NCBI GenBank assembly: GCA_964351425.1
Contig: CAYGOW010000002.1
Coordinates: 1-40,706 of the forward strand
Direction of reading: 5' to 3'
DNA length: 40,706 nt
Origin: an uncultured Roseivirgaceae bacterium
GTDB taxonomy: Bacteria; Bacteroidota; Bacteroidia; Cytophagales; Cyclobacteriaceae
The notes under the pieces are model-generated. The model did not search any database and had not been told where the DNA came from. It was given only the letters and a program-made list of their open reading frames with translations. The position numbers were made by a program, and so were the translations under genes. Positions 38,908-40,706 of the stretch are shown here, in pieces. Positions within the stretch are counted from its first letter, which is position 1. Each line of letters opens with the position of its first letter.

Positions 38908-40706
38908 ATGCGTAATAAAGGTGCAGTAATTTTACTGACAGTTGTTGTTACACTCCTATGTATATATTACCTGTCGTTTACTTTTGTATCCAGGAATGTA
39001 CAACAGGATGCCATTACCCATGCAACGGAATCCAATGGTGTAATCAACTTGTCAAAAAAGCAGGCGTATCTGGATTCAATTTGGAATTTGCCTGTATATA
39101 ATCTTCTTGGAGCAGAATTTACCTATAAAGAGGTAAAGGAGAATGAGCTTAGTCTTGGCCTTGACCTTCAGGGCGGGATGCACGTTACACTGGAAGTTTC
39201 GCCGGTGGATATCATCAAAGGCTTGAGCGGGAACAACCAGGATCAGGCCTTTTTGGAGGCGATTCGTCTGGCTCGTGAGAGACAAACAAATAGCCAGGCC
39301 CGATTTTCCGAGTTATTTCTCGATGCTTTTACAGAGGTTTCAGACGATGGGCGGTTAGCGCCAATCTTCGTTACGGCTGCCAATCGTGGCAGAATCAGCG
39401 TGGATATGTCGAATGATGACGTAATGGAAATCATCAATCAGGAGATTGAAAGTGCTATTGATCGGTCATTTACCATTCTGCGTACTCGTATTGACCAGTT
39501 TGGTACCTCACAACCGAATATCCAGCGACTACAGGGAACTGGCCGGATTCAGATTGAAATCCCGGGTGCGGAGAATCCGGAACGTGTGCGCAAGCTGCTT
39601 CAGGGTGTCGCCAAACTCGAATTCTGGGAAGTTGCAGAATCGCAGGAATATGTTCCTGCCTTGGTTAATGTTAACGAGGTATTGGTGGAAGAGATGAAGC
39701 TGAAAGAATCACTCAATACAGATACTGTTGCGTCGATCCCCGGAGAATTAGCCAAGCCAGGTGAAGATTTATCTACCTTGCTTTCTACCGCTGAAGACGA
39801 ACTTGATCCACTGGCTGATAGTCTTTCCACTGATTCGATTGATTCTCAATTGGATTCATTGGTAAATCAGCAGGTTTCTCCTTTGTTCGCTTTGTTGAAA
39901 TCACAAAGTGAACTGATCTATGATGTACAGGATACCGGTACCATAGGCGAGATTTTACGGAGAAAAGAAGTTAAGAGTTTACTTCCAAGGACGTTGAAGC
40001 CTGTTTGGGCTGTTAAACCGATTATAAATGAAGAAACCGGAGATGAATTGCTCCAGTTGTATTTCATGCGAGTTGGACGAGGAGGAAAAGCACAACTCAC
40101 CGGAGAAGTAATCACAGATGCCCGACAGGATATTGATGAATACGGTCGGTTTGTGGTAAGTATGCAAATGAATGCATTCGGTACGAAGGAATGGCGCCAG
40201 ATGACTGCCAAAGCCTCTGCCAAAAGAACAAATACAACACCCCCGGACCGAATTGCCATTGTTCTTGATAATTATGTGTATTCGGCCCCTTACGTACAGG
40301 GTGAGATTCCAAACGGAAGTTCTCAGATCTCGGGTGATTTTACTGTAGAAGAGGCGAAGGACCTTGCCAATATTTTGAAAGCAGGATCTTTGCCAGCTCC
40401 AACGCGTATTGTTGAGGAGGCCATTGTCGGACCAACACTGGGACAAATTGCCCGTAACCAGGGGATTTTATCTATGTTATCCGGGTTGGGTATCGTAGTG
40501 TTGTTCATGATTGCCTACTATTCAAAAGGCGGGTTCGTGGCAAATATTGCCCTGGTCTTCAATATCTTCTTTATTCTGGGTATTCTGGCACAGTTTAATG
40601 CGTCCCTAACACTTCCGGGAATTGCAGGTATTGTATTGACCATTTGTATGTCAAGTGATGCGAAAGTTATGATTTTGGAACGTATTCGTGAGGAAATGCG
40701 GAATGG
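38908..40706 (+). CDS. secDF: Protein translocase subunit SecDF (fused), 5' part; runs off the window end
   Basis: Absent from the ORF track because the window contains no stop. My translation from ATG 38908 is open to 40706. It reads MRNKGAVILLTVVV..., LGLDLQGGMHV, RIDQFGTSQPNIQRLQGTGRIQIEIPG and LTLPGIAGIVLTI, which are typical SecD motifs. Confidence 0.92.
   Translation, partial: MRNKGAVILLTVVVTLLCIYYLSFTFVSRNVQQDAITHATESNGVINLSKKQAYLDSIWNLPVYNLLGAEFTYKEVKENELSLGLDLQGGMHVTLEVSPVDIIKGLSGNNQDQAFLEAIRLARERQTNSQARFSELFLDAFTEVSDDGRLAPIFVTAANRGRISVDMSNDDVMEIINQEIESAIDRSFTILRTRIDQFGTSQPNIQRLQGTGRIQIEIPGAENPERVRKLLQGVAKLEFWEVAESQEYVPALVNVNEVLVEEMKLKESLNTDTVASIPGELAKPGEDLSTLLSTAEDELDPLADSLSTDSIDSQLDSLVNQQVSPLFALLKSQSELIYDVQDTGTIGEILRRKEVKSLLPRTLKPVWAVKPIINEETGDELLQLYFMRVGRGGKAQLTGEVITDARQDIDEYGRFVVSMQMNAFGTKEWRQMTAKASAKRTNTTPPDRIAIVLDNYVYSAPYVQGEIPNGSSQISGDFTVEEAKDLANILKAGSLPAPTRIVEEAIVGPTLGQIARNQGILSMLSGLGIVVLFMIAYYSKGGFVANIALVFNIFFILGILAQFNASLTLPGIAGIVLTICMSSDAKVMILERIREEMRN

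Noticed and set aside
40630-40706. The last roughly 70 nt of SecDF read TICMSSDAKVMILERIREEMRNG. The conserved motif, as I remember it, is close to TIGMAVDANVLIFERIREE, so several normally conserved positions deviate right at the window end.
   Set aside because: This could be low-quality contig-end sequence or genuine lineage divergence. The consensus is from memory and I cannot run an alignment, so it is not reported as a finding.

Overview
This is a dense chromosomal core segment with about 39 protein-coding genes and very short intergenic spacers. I see no rRNA, tRNA, CRISPR array, transposase, integrase, phage or recognisable defence genes. Several traits point to a Bacteroidota-type genome (inference only): an insertion-bearing ATP synthase beta, an 85-aa epsilon, a Rho with a long low-complexity N-terminal insertion, a fused SecDF, a DUF4286 protein, TAnnTTTG promoter-like boxes and lipoprotein signal peptides. 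Gene content in order: atpDC; an orphan histidine kinase; a NatAB-like ABC pair; a secreted beta-repeat protein; the string hpt-adk-obg-grpE-dnaJ; an M42 peptidase; upp; a Ca/Na antiporter; sdaAA; rho; serS; prolyl oligopeptidase; a GNAT; an MltF-like transglycosylase. Then comes a split kynurenine-pathway cluster (kynU-kmo, HAAO, an atypical SDR, an ALDH8-type dehydrogenase) with a padR plus double-FtsX permease module inserted in it. The window ends with ndk, the string nrnA-FKBP-FKBP-rdgB-udk, a MATE exporter, a small unknown ORF and the 5' part of secDF. I found no compelling evidence for a novel multi-gene system, and most of the window is housekeeping. The items most worth a second look are: (1) the PadR/ATPase-less FtsX module and its 38-bp dyad operator candidate next to kynU; (2) the unusual composition of the kynurenine cluster; (3) an apparent 1-nt frameshift in the essential GTPase gene obg; (4) several unannotatable secreted or membrane ORFs. 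All protein calls rest on my recognition of motifs in the supplied translations. No database search was run.
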